From positions 1 through 64,000 of IMG/VR virus record IMGVR_UViG_3300043570_003132: a DNA stretch of 64,000 bases; one strand, 5' to 3'. The notes below the pieces were generated by a model. That model saw only the letters and a list, made by a program, of their open reading frames with translations. It was not told the origin of the DNA and did no database searches. The position numbers and the translations under genes were made by a program. The DNA is from an uncultured virus (IMG/VR IMGVR_UViG_3300043570_003132) (lineage: Duplodnaviria; Heunggongvirae; Uroviricota; Caudoviricetes). This document shows, piece after piece, positions 48,011 to 57,581 of the stretch; the stretch's first letter is position 1, and every line of letters begins with the position of its first letter.

Positions 48011-50087
48011 TTTTCTTTATAAATTTAATCAATTCTGGAAAATATTCTTCGCAAACATAACCTCTTCTAATTTCATATTCTCTAATAAATTTTACAAAAT
48101 CTAATTTGTCTTTATTAAATGAATTAGAATCAAGTTCTGAATCACTAATAAAAATATCTCTCAATCTAGATATTTTTTCAATTTCTTGTAATGAAAAACC
48201 AACATCTTTAATTTCTTGCATTTTATGAAAATTTAAACTTCTAAAACTTGTGTTAAATTTCATAAATTTTATACATCTATCAAAATAATCAATTTTAACA
48301 TAATCTTTTAATATCCTAAAACTTAAAAACGGTGGATGTCTTAAATATGATGTGTCCAAAATAATTGCCGAATTCCAATATCTTTCATCATTAAAATGTT
48401 TAATTTTCATTTTATATATTCTTTTTATTAATCTCTCATAAGAAAATACACTAAATATATTAAATGTTGCCATAACGACAATAGTTACTTTCGGTAATAA
48501 AGTTAGAATTTTATCTATATTTTTAAATAACATATTAAAATCTAAACCATACCTAGTGTATTCGGCTTGTTTTCCGTCAGCTTCACAAGATGTAAAAATA
48601 ATTATTTCTTTTACTCTTTTTTCGTCAATTATAATTGTTAACTTTTCAATTAATTTATCAACTAAATCATCAGGTATACCTAAATTACTATTAATTGATA
48701 ATTTTAAATTTTTATTTGGTTCCTCAGTTTCAATAATGTAATCTAGTACTTTCCAAGTATCTTTAGATAGCAATGGTTCTCCTCCGGTAATTCTAAACGT
48801 ATCTAAACTACTATATAATTCGGGAAACCACGTCCAAAAAGCTTGGACGTATGGATTTTCTTCAGAATGTTTATATGGTACCGTATTTCGTTCTTCCATT
48901 CTTTTTGTACCATTATAATCATATGAAAGTCTATATGGTCCATATTGATTAATTTCTTCCATCCATTTAGATGAATATTCAGGTCCACAATATGCACATT
49001 TAAAATTACAAGTATTGGAAAAACTAACTTCAGCATACTTTGGGTTAAAATCATCTCTCCAATTTGATTTAGATATATCATGAAAATATGGTTCTGACCA
49101 AGGTTCCGATGATTTAAAAATTCTATCTGAAAATGATTTTACAGTTGTGTCTTCAACATTCCAACAATATTGACATTCGGATGGTCGTTCTCCTTCCAAC
49201 ATTTCTTTTCTAGCTTGTTTTTTTATTAGACTATTATGTAATGCCGTTGGATTTCTTTTAATTTCATTTAAATTTACTTTATGTGGTTCTGGATGGTGAC
49301 AACTATGTGTTGTTCCATTATGTAAATGCATGGTTACTTGAGTCCATTTAGCCAAACAAAATCCGCAACCAACACCATCTAATTTTTCCTTCATTAATTC
49401 GAATCCAACGTTAGACATTTTATTTTTTTTCTTTAAAAATGTCTTATCTTTTAACTCGTCCATTATTAAAAACTCGTCATTTTTATCCTCCAAATCATAA
49501 TAACAATATAATGTATCAAAATCATATGAATTTTTTAATTCAGTACTATCTGTTGAATATTTTTCTAACTTTTCAATATCAATATCCTCAGAATATATAC
49601 TTAAATGTTTTAACTCCATTTCGGTTAAACATTTATGTCTAATATTTGTACTATCAATATTATGACATCCAATATATATTGGTTCATTAATATAATCACT
49701 AACCAATTCACCTTCACTTTCTATTGTGTCGATTAATTTAAAATCTTTATATAATTTAAATGTTTTTTTATTGTAGGTAATTGACAATGTTAATCCACTC
49801 GATAAAGTGGAGTTATTTAAGATGTCATAAGTATAACAATTAAATTTTTCTTCTCCGTTTTCTTGTACTGTCCAAAATTCAAATACAAACAAATCAACTT
49901 CATAATCATAACTAATACCAAAATTTTTACCAGGTACACCTAAAAATCCAATTTTGTAGTCTTTTTCAAAGTCTTTACCTATTTTAAATGAAATATTAAT
50001 ACTAAAACTACCTTGAGTAATTATATTACTTTGTATTTCATGTAATTTTGGTTTTAGGAACCACGGTTTCTGATATTCTATTCTCAT
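47988..50087 (-). CDS. LamG-like domain fused to radical SAM protein
   Basis: N-terminal beta-rich domain; FCLAKW, SCHHP, ECQYCW, CNFKCAYC, TGGEP. Confidence 0.85.
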   Translation of the reverse strand: MRIEYQKPWFLKPKLHEIQSNIITQGSFSINISFKIGKDFEKDYKIGFLGVPGKNFGISYDYEVDLFVFEFWTVQENGEEKFNCYTYDILNNSTLSSGLTLSITYNKKTFKLYKDFKLIDTIESEGELVSDYINEPIYIGCHNIDSTNIRHKCLTEMELKHLSIYSEDIDIEKLEKYSTDSTELKNSYDFDTLYCYYDLEDKNDEFLIMDELKDKTFLKKKNKMSNVGFELMKEKLDGVGCGFCLAKWTQVTMHLHNGTTHSCHHPEPHKVNLNEIKRNPTALHNSLIKKQARKEMLEGERPSECQYCWNVEDTTVKSFSDRIFKSSEPWSEPYFHDISKSNWRDDFNPKYAEVSFSNTCNFKCAYCGPEYSSKWMEEINQYGPYRLSYDYNGTKRMEERNTVPYKHSEENPYVQAFWTWFPELYSSLDTFRITGGEPLLSKDTWKVLDYIIETEEPNKNLKLSINSNLGIPDDLVDKLIEKLTIIIDEKRVKEIIIFTSCEADGKQAEYTRYGLDFNMLFKNIDKILTLLPKVTIVVMATFNIFSVFSYERLIKRIYKMKIKHFNDERYWNSAIILDTSYLRHPPFLSFRILKDYVKIDYFDRCIKFMKFNTSFRSLNFHKMQEIKDVGFSLQEIEKISRLRDIFISDSELDSNSFNKDKLDFVKFIREYEIRRGYVCEEYFPELIKFIKKIEYENKI

Positions 50088-51517
50088 TTCATTTTAACAT
50101 TTATAAATTTTGTATTAGGGTATAATGTATCATCAACATTATCAACATCTAACACTTCTAATATTTTATTAAGTCCATCTTTTTTATAATCTATCTTTTT
50201 TTGTTGCATTTCAGTAACAAATCTTTTCTCATTTCTTGCGGTCGTTTCTCCCTTTTTCCATTCACCATTAATAAATCCTTCGTCTTCATGAAACATACAA
50301 TTAAAATTACCTTCTCTTCTTATTGGAATTATATTATCGATAACTTCAATATCTTCTTTAGTAATTTCAGTATTAAGATTTTCACATATTATATTATTTA
50401 CCTTATCTAAATAACCATTCTCAAAATCCATATGTAAAACCAAACTTTTTTCTTTACTAACCGACATTTTTATATTTTTATAACACTTGTCATATATTTT
50501 AACTTCAGCAATTTGGCCTTTAAAATATGTTTTTTGGTTGCTACAAAACCCTAATATAAATGGATTGGTGTTATCGTGTTTTTTAAGGTTTTCTCCAATC
50601 ATAAATGATTTATTCTCTTTAACATCGTTTACGTTAGTGACTAATTCATTATTAACAAAGAAATACATTTCTTTTGTTTTATTATCAAATGAAACTGTTA
50701 CCCACGTCCATTCATTTTCAAATTTCTTAACCCAATTATTATGATAATTTTCGTTTTTATCAAAAACTGTCATGTTAACCGTCCTTGAATTATTAAAGGA
50801 TAACCCCCATGTCCAAGATTCGTGTTTTCTTAATATTGGGTATTCAATAAATTTCTTTTCTTTGTCACCAACCAACCAAATAGGCACTTTCTCTTGTTGT
50901 TGTTCTGCTTTAAATAATACAGAAATAGTATGATTACCAGATAAACATTTACTTATCTTTTCGTTTGTTGGTATAACCACTAATGAATCATCTCCATTAA
51001 AATTTACAACCGATTTTTCTTTATGTGATTTAAAAATCTTACCATCTTTATAACCCTCAAAATAACACCTCCAAAAAAGATCATCATCTTCTTGACCCCA
51101 ATCCCAATATTCGTTTGAATAACCATTGGTTTGATACGCTTGTTCTTTGGTAAATAAAACAACACCTCCAAAGTATTGATCATACCCTAATGTGTAATTA
51201 TACTTTGATAATTTGGTTGCAATATGAACTGGTGATTTTTCAGGATAGGAGTAATCACAAATTAAATTATCTTTATCGATTGCTAACATATCCACGTCGT
51301 GCCAAGCTACATAATCACAACCATCTTCAAACGCATAATGTGCTGCAATGTTTTTTGTTGCACCTCTATTAAATAATTTATCATCAACTTGATGTCCAAC
51401 ATAAAATTTATGTTCTATTCCTTTTTCATTTAAATATTTTGATAAATGTGGTATCAAATTCTCAATGTGTTCCTTTCTATTTCTGTACGGTATACAAATA
51501 CCTAATTTATGACTCAT
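50084..51517 (-). CDS. GT7 (beta-1,4-galactosyltransferase-like) with inserted LamG domain
   Basis: IPYRNR, FNRG, WHDVDM, YFGGV, NGYSNEYWDWGQEDDD; then FNGDDS...WTWVTV...FKGQIAEVKIY; then H...RNEKR...DGL. Confidence 0.85.
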   Translation of the reverse strand: MSHKLGICIPYRNRKEHIENLIPHLSKYLNEKGIEHKFYVGHQVDDKLFNRGATKNIAAHYAFEDGCDYVAWHDVDMLAIDKDNLICDYSYPEKSPVHIATKLSKYNYTLGYDQYFGGVVLFTKEQAYQTNGYSNEYWDWGQEDDDLFWRCYFEGYKDGKIFKSHKEKSVVNFNGDDSLVVIPTNEKISKCLSGNHTISVLFKAEQQQEKVPIWLVGDKEKKFIEYPILRKHESWTWGLSFNNSRTVNMTVFDKNENYHNNWVKKFENEWTWVTVSFDNKTKEMYFFVNNELVTNVNDVKENKSFMIGENLKKHDNTNPFILGFCSNQKTYFKGQIAEVKIYDKCYKNIKMSVSKEKSLVLHMDFENGYLDKVNNIICENLNTEITKEDIEVIDNIIPIRREGNFNCMFHEDEGFINGEWKKGETTARNEKRFVTEMQQKKIDYKKDGLNKILEVLDVDNVDDTLYPNTKFINVKMK

Positions 51518-52929
51518 ATTCCAACTGTTACAAATGTTATGTTATTTTCGTTTGTTATTCCGTGTTCTACAAAATTTAAATCTGATAATCCATCGTTATA
51601 TAATAATTCGTGATTTGTAGATACTTCATTTATAAATCGTAGTTGATTCCATCTAGTAGATTGATCTTTCCATTTGTTATCTAAAAATCCATTTTCTTCG
51701 TGAGGTAAACTTTCAAATAGAGATTTTCTCCTATGTGGAACATATAATTCGTATATACTATCTACTATTAAGTCTGTAATTTCACAATTAATGATTTCAC
51801 CATCATTATTATTTCCTGATAAATCTTTTAATTTATAACCTTTTATTATCTTAGTGTCATAATATAATTTAAGGGAATCCGCAGATTTGTAATCACCAAA
51901 ATTTTGTGTTAAACCCTTAAATTTATTTTTTGATATTTCCATTATTTCATTATCATCTAAAACGATATCATAAACGGCAAAAGCATCAAAATATCCTTTA
52001 AAATATTTTGGTTCATATTCATTGTTAAGGTCACCTGTTCCAATATAAAAAAATGGTTGTTTTTGGTATTGATGTAGTTTTCCTGAAAATTCTACTTTAC
52101 CAATAATATCCCCGTCTTGGTATACTTTAATAATCTTATCTGTGTCGTTAATTGTAATGGAAATATTTGTCTTATAATTTTTCTTTATTTTAGAATTAAC
52201 ATAAAGTACATTATGTTTATTATCAAAAGTACAAATATTATATCTGGAAAATGAGTTGAATGATATTGAAAAATCATATCCTGGTATTGTAAATATATTA
52301 AATTGATCCACTTCTTTTGTATGGTCACATATTATATCATCAGGATAAAAGGAAATAAATAATGTAATATCCTTATTAAAGTTAAGATTATTTATACCTT
52401 TTACGTAAGCATCTTTTCCATTAAATTTTAATACAGAACCTGATGTTCCCATATTATCTAAGTAAAGTGTATTTAAATCTAAATCATTCACAACACACCT
52501 TAAAAGTAAATCAGTATCTTCATAACCCCATCCCCAATACTTGTTAGAATACCCGTTTATTTTTTTAAAATCTTTAACATTAAACATGGTCACTCCTCCA
52601 AAATATGTGTCAAATATTTCTCTATCTTGGTTTGAAAAATTGGTAGCTAAGTGTGTGGGTGTAATAGAATAACTGTAGTCTACGTCGATCGGTAACATAT
52701 CTATATCATGAAAAACAACATACTTACATTTAAGTTTCTCAGCATAAGTAAATCCTATATTTAATAACATTCCTCTATTGAACAATTTAGCATCATCTTG
52801 TTCAACTATGATAATCTCATACGGAATATTCTTTTCACTAAGATATTTTGTAATTCTCTCTTTAAAAATATCAAGCTGTTCGTATCTATTTCTAAATGGA
52901 ACTATTATACCTACTTTTCTATTGTGCAT
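51514..52929 (-). CDS. GT7 with inserted LamG domain (paralog)
   Basis: VPFRNR, FNRGMLLNIG, FHDIDM, YFGGV, NGYSNKYWGWGYEDTD; FNGKDAYV...FKGYFDAFAVY...DLSGNNNDG; DGL. Confidence 0.85.
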   Translation of the reverse strand: MHNRKVGIIVPFRNRYEQLDIFKERITKYLSEKNIPYEIIIVEQDDAKLFNRGMLLNIGFTYAEKLKCKYVVFHDIDMLPIDVDYSYSITPTHLATNFSNQDREIFDTYFGGVTMFNVKDFKKINGYSNKYWGWGYEDTDLLLRCVVNDLDLNTLYLDNMGTSGSVLKFNGKDAYVKGINNLNFNKDITLFISFYPDDIICDHTKEVDQFNIFTIPGYDFSISFNSFSRYNICTFDNKHNVLYVNSKIKKNYKTNISITINDTDKIIKVYQDGDIIGKVEFSGKLHQYQKQPFFYIGTGDLNNEYEPKYFKGYFDAFAVYDIVLDDNEIMEISKNKFKGLTQNFGDYKSADSLKLYYDTKIIKGYKLKDLSGNNNDGEIINCEITDLIVDSIYELYVPHRRKSLFESLPHEENGFLDNKWKDQSTRWNQLRFINEVSTNHELLYNDGLSDLNFVEHGITNENNITFVTVGI

Positions 52930-53161
52930 TTTTCTTTACTTTCTTATCGTCAGTTTTAATTTCTTCTTCTACATCATCACCCTTTACTATTTTATTATGA
53001 AATTCGGCAAGATAATATTGGACTCTTTGTCCCCACTCATCTTTATCGATTTCTTCAAACCACACAGTTAATGCGTCTAATGAATTGGCAATTTTTTCTA
53101 ATGCTTTTATTTTTCTCGTTTCGAGAGCTAATTGCTCATCTTTTTCTGTTTTTACACTCAT
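52919..53161 (-). CDS. Hypothetical protein
   Basis: 80-aa ORF overlapping both neighbours. Confidence 0.6.
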   Translation of the reverse strand: MSVKTEKDEQLALETRKIKALEKIANSLDALTVWFEEIDKDEWGQRVQYYLAEFHNKIVKGDDVEEEIKTDDKKVKKNAQ

Positions 53162-54015
53162 ATTGATATGATTTTTTTAATTAATTTATTCCAATTTTTA
53201 TAATGGTTATATTCTGGTTTATTTAATCCTAATTCAAACATAAAATCAGGATTTAATAAATTTATTTTAAAATTTGTCTTTTTTAATTCTTTATACATTT
53301 GAAAATATTCACTTGAAAACGCATAATCTTCATTTAGGTTTGCAACATTCGATACTCTATCTATTGATGTTGAGTCCCATTTAAAGTGATGAACTTGTAC
53401 TGAGTGTGTATCCACTGGTGCAATTAATGGATGACTCCACCCTTGCCATCTCCATGTTGTGTGGTCGTCAATTTTAGCATAATGTTGTCCTGCCGTTACA
53501 TCAACATATCCTTTCATAATACAAATCTTATTTGGACATGCGTTACTCATTGGATATCTAAAAAAACCAGCATTAGGAAATTGTTCCCATATAGATACGT
53601 CATTAACTAACTCAGTAAATTCGCCCCCTGTACCAATTCTATCAATAAAACCACCTCTTACAATATCCCAATTATTTTCTTGACAATCATATATTATTTT
53701 ACGTAAATCATCATTAGGATATAAATGAAATTCATCAATATCAGCAATAACATACCAACTATCTTTTCGTTTTGATTTAACAAAATTATAAAGTTGCGTT
53801 ACTTTTTCCCAATCAAATACTCTTTCTTGTATAGTTATAACAACATTAACTTTTTCGTAGTTTTTAATTACTTGATTAATTTCTTCGGTTAAATTTGGAT
53901 GTAATTCGGTTTCGTATACGGCAATATTAATTTCATCAACATGTTTTTGATAATGTTCAATGAAATGTGGAAGTAAGTTAATTCCGTGACCTATAACTGT
54001 TAATAATTTAACCAT
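53158..54015 (-). CDS. Glycosyltransferase family 2-like protein
   Basis: LLPHFIEHY, WYVIADIDEF, GQH, VHHFKW. Confidence 0.75.
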   Translation of the reverse strand: MVKLLTVIGHGINLLPHFIEHYQKHVDEINIAVYETELHPNLTEEINQVIKNYEKVNVVITIQERVFDWEKVTQLYNFVKSKRKDSWYVIADIDEFHLYPNDDLRKIIYDCQENNWDIVRGGFIDRIGTGGEFTELVNDVSIWEQFPNAGFFRYPMSNACPNKICIMKGYVDVTAGQHYAKIDDHTTWRWQGWSHPLIAPVDTHSVQVHHFKWDSTSIDRVSNVANLNEDYAFSSEYFQMYKELKKTNFKINLLNPDFMFELGLNKPEYNHYKNWNKLIKKIISI

Positions 54016-54739
54016 TTTTCTTATTAATTACCGTAATACCACTAGATGACGGTTTATTAGGTAATATACCAAAATTAAATAGATTAATCAAATTAAAAGA
54101 TGGGTTTTTTTCTAATTCTTTAATAAACTTTGATGGTCCATCGAATCTATGATGATCTTTTTTTGCATCTTCAGAAACTATAAGTTTTTCCTCATAATCT
54201 GAATCCGTATCGTGGATAACGATAATACCTTTATCTGTTAATAGTGTTGAATATAACTCAAAATCTTTCTTGACTCCTTCATATGAATGGTCACCATCTA
54301 TAAAGATAAAATCTAATTTAATATCTTGTAAAACAAAGAAATTATAATATGCGTCTTCTGATGTTGATTTAATCAATCTGGGATGAAATTTATAACGGAA
54401 ATATGAATTCTCATCCTCTAAGTCGTTAGGTCCTCCTACCCCATTACAAGCGTCAACCAGGTAGGTTACTCCAATGTCTCCCCAACTTAAATTATCATCT
54501 CCCTCAAATATTCCTTGTTTGTGTAAATCAATTCTTGCTTGTGTCATAATACGGGGTATAAACCCACCTCCAGACCCGATACAGACACAGGTTTTTGCTC
54601 TCATATGTTGTATCAGTGAATAAACAACAAGACCGTCACCCATATGTTCTGTCGTTGCACCATGTGTCCATCTATAAGGGACTGGATCACCTCCATTTGT
54701 TGTGATATTTCCTGTTATGAAATCTTGATTGGTAATCAT
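54008..54739 (-). CDS. Class I SAM-dependent methyltransferase (Methyltransf_24-like)
   Basis: CIGSGGG, DFIFIDGDHSYEGVKKDF, IVIHDT. Confidence 0.85.
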   Translation of the reverse strand: MITNQDFITGNITTNGGDPVPYRWTHGATTEHMGDGLVVYSLIQHMRAKTCVCIGSGGGFIPRIMTQARIDLHKQGIFEGDDNLSWGDIGVTYLVDACNGVGGPNDLEDENSYFRYKFHPRLIKSTSEDAYYNFFVLQDIKLDFIFIDGDHSYEGVKKDFELYSTLLTDKGIIVIHDTDSDYEEKLIVSEDAKKDHHRFDGPSKFIKELEKNPSFNLINLFNFGILPNKPSSSGITVINKKNG

Positions 54740-54745
54740 TAAGAT

Positions 54746-54774
54746 AATATAAGAAAAATATTTCTATAAACCAA
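54746..54774 (-). promoter_or_regulatory. Sigma70-like promoter TTGGTT-N17-TATATT at the start of the enzyme operon
   Basis: Minus-strand ttggtttatagaaatatttttcttatatt before ATG 54739. Confidence 0.55.
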
Positions 54775-55477
54775 ACCTTCCCTTTTGTATGTTGTAATTT
54801 AATAATACTTCCGTAGATGATAGTGTTCTATCATATAGTTGTACATTTCCTAAATACGCATTATGATATGTAGTATCTATTGCATATGAACAAAGTCTAG
54901 CTACCGTTGTTGCATTAATAGTACCTGTATTACCTGCACTTGACGCCCAAGATGTACCATTTCTATATATTACCATTGCCCCCGTAGATGTATTTTTAGT
55001 AAAACACCAATAATTCCATCCTAAATAAGTTGAACCAGCTGCTTGAGACAATCTATCACCACCGCAATCAAAATAAATAGTTCCATCTGCCCATGGTAAA
55101 TGTATATTTAATGTTCTAGCACCTGCTATATCTCTAGATTCAACAACCGATGATTGTTGTGTAGTAATTCCGTAATTCCAAACACAAAAACTTATTTGAT
55201 TTCCAAATGGAATTGATGATGGTGAAACTGTAACATTCTGATTACTACCATTAAATATTAAATACCCACCATTGAATCCGCTAAATGTTGGGCTATTATT
55301 TAAAGTTGTAGTGATTCCGTTATAACTTAGATCATACCAACTGGTTCCTGAACCTGGGTAAGATGAAATATTAGCGGTATCCAAATGTAATACTAATCCA
55401 TTTAATATAATATCATTAGTTGCAAATAATTTTGCACTTGAAGAATTTATTTCATATCCGCCAACATTTACACCCAT
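54764..55477 (-). CDS. LamG/concanavalin A-like domain protein (putative virion adhesin)
   Basis: GLVLHLD...SYPGSGTSWYDLS, FNGSN, YDRTLS..EV..NY. Confidence 0.85.
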   Translation of the reverse strand: MGVNVGGYEINSSSAKLFATNDIILNGLVLHLDTANISSYPGSGTSWYDLSYNGITTTLNNSPTFSGFNGGYLIFNGSNQNVTVSPSSIPFGNQISFCVWNYGITTQQSSVVESRDIAGARTLNIHLPWADGTIYFDCGGDRLSQAAGSTYLGWNYWCFTKNTSTGAMVIYRNGTSWASSAGNTGTINATTVARLCSYAIDTTYHNAYLGNVQLYDRTLSSTEVLLNYNIQKGRFGL

Positions 55478-55490
55478 AATTATTTATTAT

Positions 55491-55688
55491 TTAATCGTAA
55501 TATACTTCTTTTATTGTTAATGTAACACCAGAATAAATAGAATATCCATTCATTTGATTTATTTTATTTTCACATTCTTCTACAGTATTAAATTCATATA
55601 TTCCATCACCTATTATTGGTGGATGTAATATTAATGGGTCTCCAACATGTTCTATTTTTTTCTTTAATATTTGATATTTTATTGTCAT
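55491..55688 (-). CDS. Hypothetical protein
   Basis: 65-aa ORF in operon spacing. Confidence 0.55.
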   Translation of the reverse strand: MTIKYQILKKKIEHVGDPLILHPPIIGDGIYEFNTVEECENKINQMNGYSIYSGVTLTIKEVYYD

Positions 55689-55694
55689 ATAATA

Positions 55695-56414
55695 TTATTT
55701 TATAAACCACATATGATAATGTTGTCCACTACCACCTGCACATTCTACTTTATATTTTAAGTCGGGATTAGTTCCACTTCCTAATAATACCCAATATAAT
55801 TTTAATACACTCATATCAGGTTGTGCACTACAACATGCATTTACAAAATTACCATCTCCCCAAGTACACATTCCACTACTTGTAAAAGAACCAGCGTAAA
55901 CAGGACCACTATAATATCCAGAATCCGTTCCACCCCAAATAGCTGAACACTGTCCTATTGTAGATATTCTATGCATTAACATCATTGTATTAGTATATGA
56001 GTATCCATAATCATTTGGATTTTTTAATGTATATTGACTCGTCGTCCAACCACCACCACATCCCACTTCCACTACATTTACATTTAATATTTGTGGATTA
56101 TTTTTTTGTAATCTACCAGAACTATTCGTTTCCCAAGTTGCAGATGTATTTGAATTTGATGATTGTGGGCATAGGTCAGAAGTTACTCCCATCCAACCTC
56201 CACCATTAATTCCTGTATCCATTATACAATAAACTCTTTTAACTCCAAATGTTCCAAATTTAATGTAATAATAACCATCAGCAACTCCTGGATTTGCAGA
56301 CATAATTGCTGAAGCACTAGACGCTGCCAATGATGGTATTGTTCCCAATTTTTTATTTAATTCGGACGATACTATTGTACCACTATACACATAACCACCT
56401 ATATTAAATCCCAT
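55695..56414 (-). CDS. Cys-rich protein with fibrinogen-C-like N-terminal motif
   Basis: DGYYYIK...VYCIMDT...GGGWM. Confidence 0.7.
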   Translation of the reverse strand: MGFNIGGYVYSGTIVSSELNKKLGTIPSLAASSASAIMSANPGVADGYYYIKFGTFGVKRVYCIMDTGINGGGWMGVTSDLCPQSSNSNTSATWETNSSGRLQKNNPQILNVNVVEVGCGGGWTTSQYTLKNPNDYGYSYTNTMMLMHRISTIGQCSAIWGGTDSGYYSGPVYAGSFTSSGMCTWGDGNFVNACCSAQPDMSVLKLYWVLLGSGTNPDLKYKVECAGGSGQHYHMWFIK

Positions 56415-56426
56415 AATTTTTTATTT

Positions 56427-57194
56427 TTATAAACCAAATCTTGATTTTTGTATATTATAATTTATTAAAACTTCATCCTCCGATAATTGTCTATTATATG
56501 CTCTAACTACTGCAATTTTTCCATTTAAAGGTACTATATAATTTGGGGTGTCAAAGTCTATACCAATTATAAGTGGTCTACTACTATTACATACCTCATT
56601 TATATGACTACCATATAAATAATTAGTATAAGATTGTGAAACTCCATTTTTATATAATTTCATTTGGGTATATCCACCAGAACCTTTTGAAAAAATTAAA
56701 TGATTCCAAACTCCAGTTGTTACTACGCCGGTTGATGATAATGCTCCTTCTAAACAACTTCCGTAACTTTGTGATGAGTAATATCCAACAAATTTTCCAG
56801 TATTATCAACATACATTGATATTGCCGGCCAATAATCATTTTCGGTATTTTTTTTCATAATACAATTATTAGAATTAAATGCTGTAAAATATACCCAAGT
56901 TTCTAAAGTAAATTCTGCTGTACTACCAAAGTCAACATCTCCCGTCGTAACATAATCATTAGTTCCGTCAAATACAATACAACCACTATTTACACTACTG
57001 TAGGTTGGTCCATTTGTTAATGTACCATTATAGAGATTTCCTGTTAAATCATACCAACCCGTTCCACTACCCACATATGAACCTGTAGATGAAGCGTCTA
57101 AATGTAATTTTAATCCTCTATTTATAATATGTGTAGTTTGTATTGATTTTACTAATGTACTATCAACAACACTACCACTTATATTTAATGGCAT
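56427..57194 (-). CDS. LamG domain protein
   Basis: GLKLHLDA, WYDLTGN, FDGTNDYV, FTLETWV, WNHL, YNRQLS. Confidence 0.88.
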   Translation of the reverse strand: MPLNISGSVVDSTLVKSIQTTHIINRGLKLHLDASSTGSYVGSGTGWYDLTGNLYNGTLTNGPTYSSVNSGCIVFDGTNDYVTTGDVDFGSTAEFTLETWVYFTAFNSNNCIMKKNTENDYWPAISMYVDNTGKFVGYYSSQSYGSCLEGALSSTGVVTTGVWNHLIFSKGSGGYTQMKLYKNGVSQSYTNYLYGSHINEVCNSSRPLIIGIDFDTPNYIVPLNGKIAVVRAYNRQLSEDEVLINYNIQKSRFGL

Positions 57195-57212
57195 ATCTTA
57201 TTATTTTCCATA

Positions 57213-57572
57213 TTATTGTTTATCCCATTTTAATTCTTCTTCATTCCAAATATAAAGATTATTTGTATCAGGATATGATATTGGTGGTTCCCATAAACAT
57301 GTTTCTTCATTTAATATCCAACTATTAAATGGTTTTGGTGCAATAAATGCATCTCTAATAACATCATATGTATATCCAATTCCTGCAAAGTTTTTTCTAA
57401 AAGGACTTCCACCATTTATATGTGTTCCTCCTAATGTATTAAATGATGTTCGTTTACATAATTGAGCACGAAAATCACCATAATGTCTTTCCCAATCAAA
57501 GTTAGTTTCATCTTTACCTACTATTACTTCCGTAACAATATAATTTTCATCTAAAAAAGCATAATGTGCCAT
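57213..57572 (-). CDS. Conserved phage fibre-associated hypothetical protein
   Basis: MAHYAFLDEN..VTEVIVG, RKNFAGIGYTYD...DAFIAPKPFNSW...WEPP; typical partner of glycine-rich fibre proteins. Confidence 0.7.
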   Translation of the reverse strand: MAHYAFLDENYIVTEVIVGKDETNFDWERHYGDFRAQLCKRTSFNTLGGTHINGGSPFRKNFAGIGYTYDVIRDAFIAPKPFNSWILNEETCLWEPPISYPDTNNLYIWNEEELKWDKQ

Positions 57573-57581
57573 AATTTTTTT

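Noticed and set aside
1..54739. Bacterial O-antigen or capsule locus
   Set aside because: No flippase, polymerase, ABC exporter or initiating transferase; interleaved with phage fibre genes
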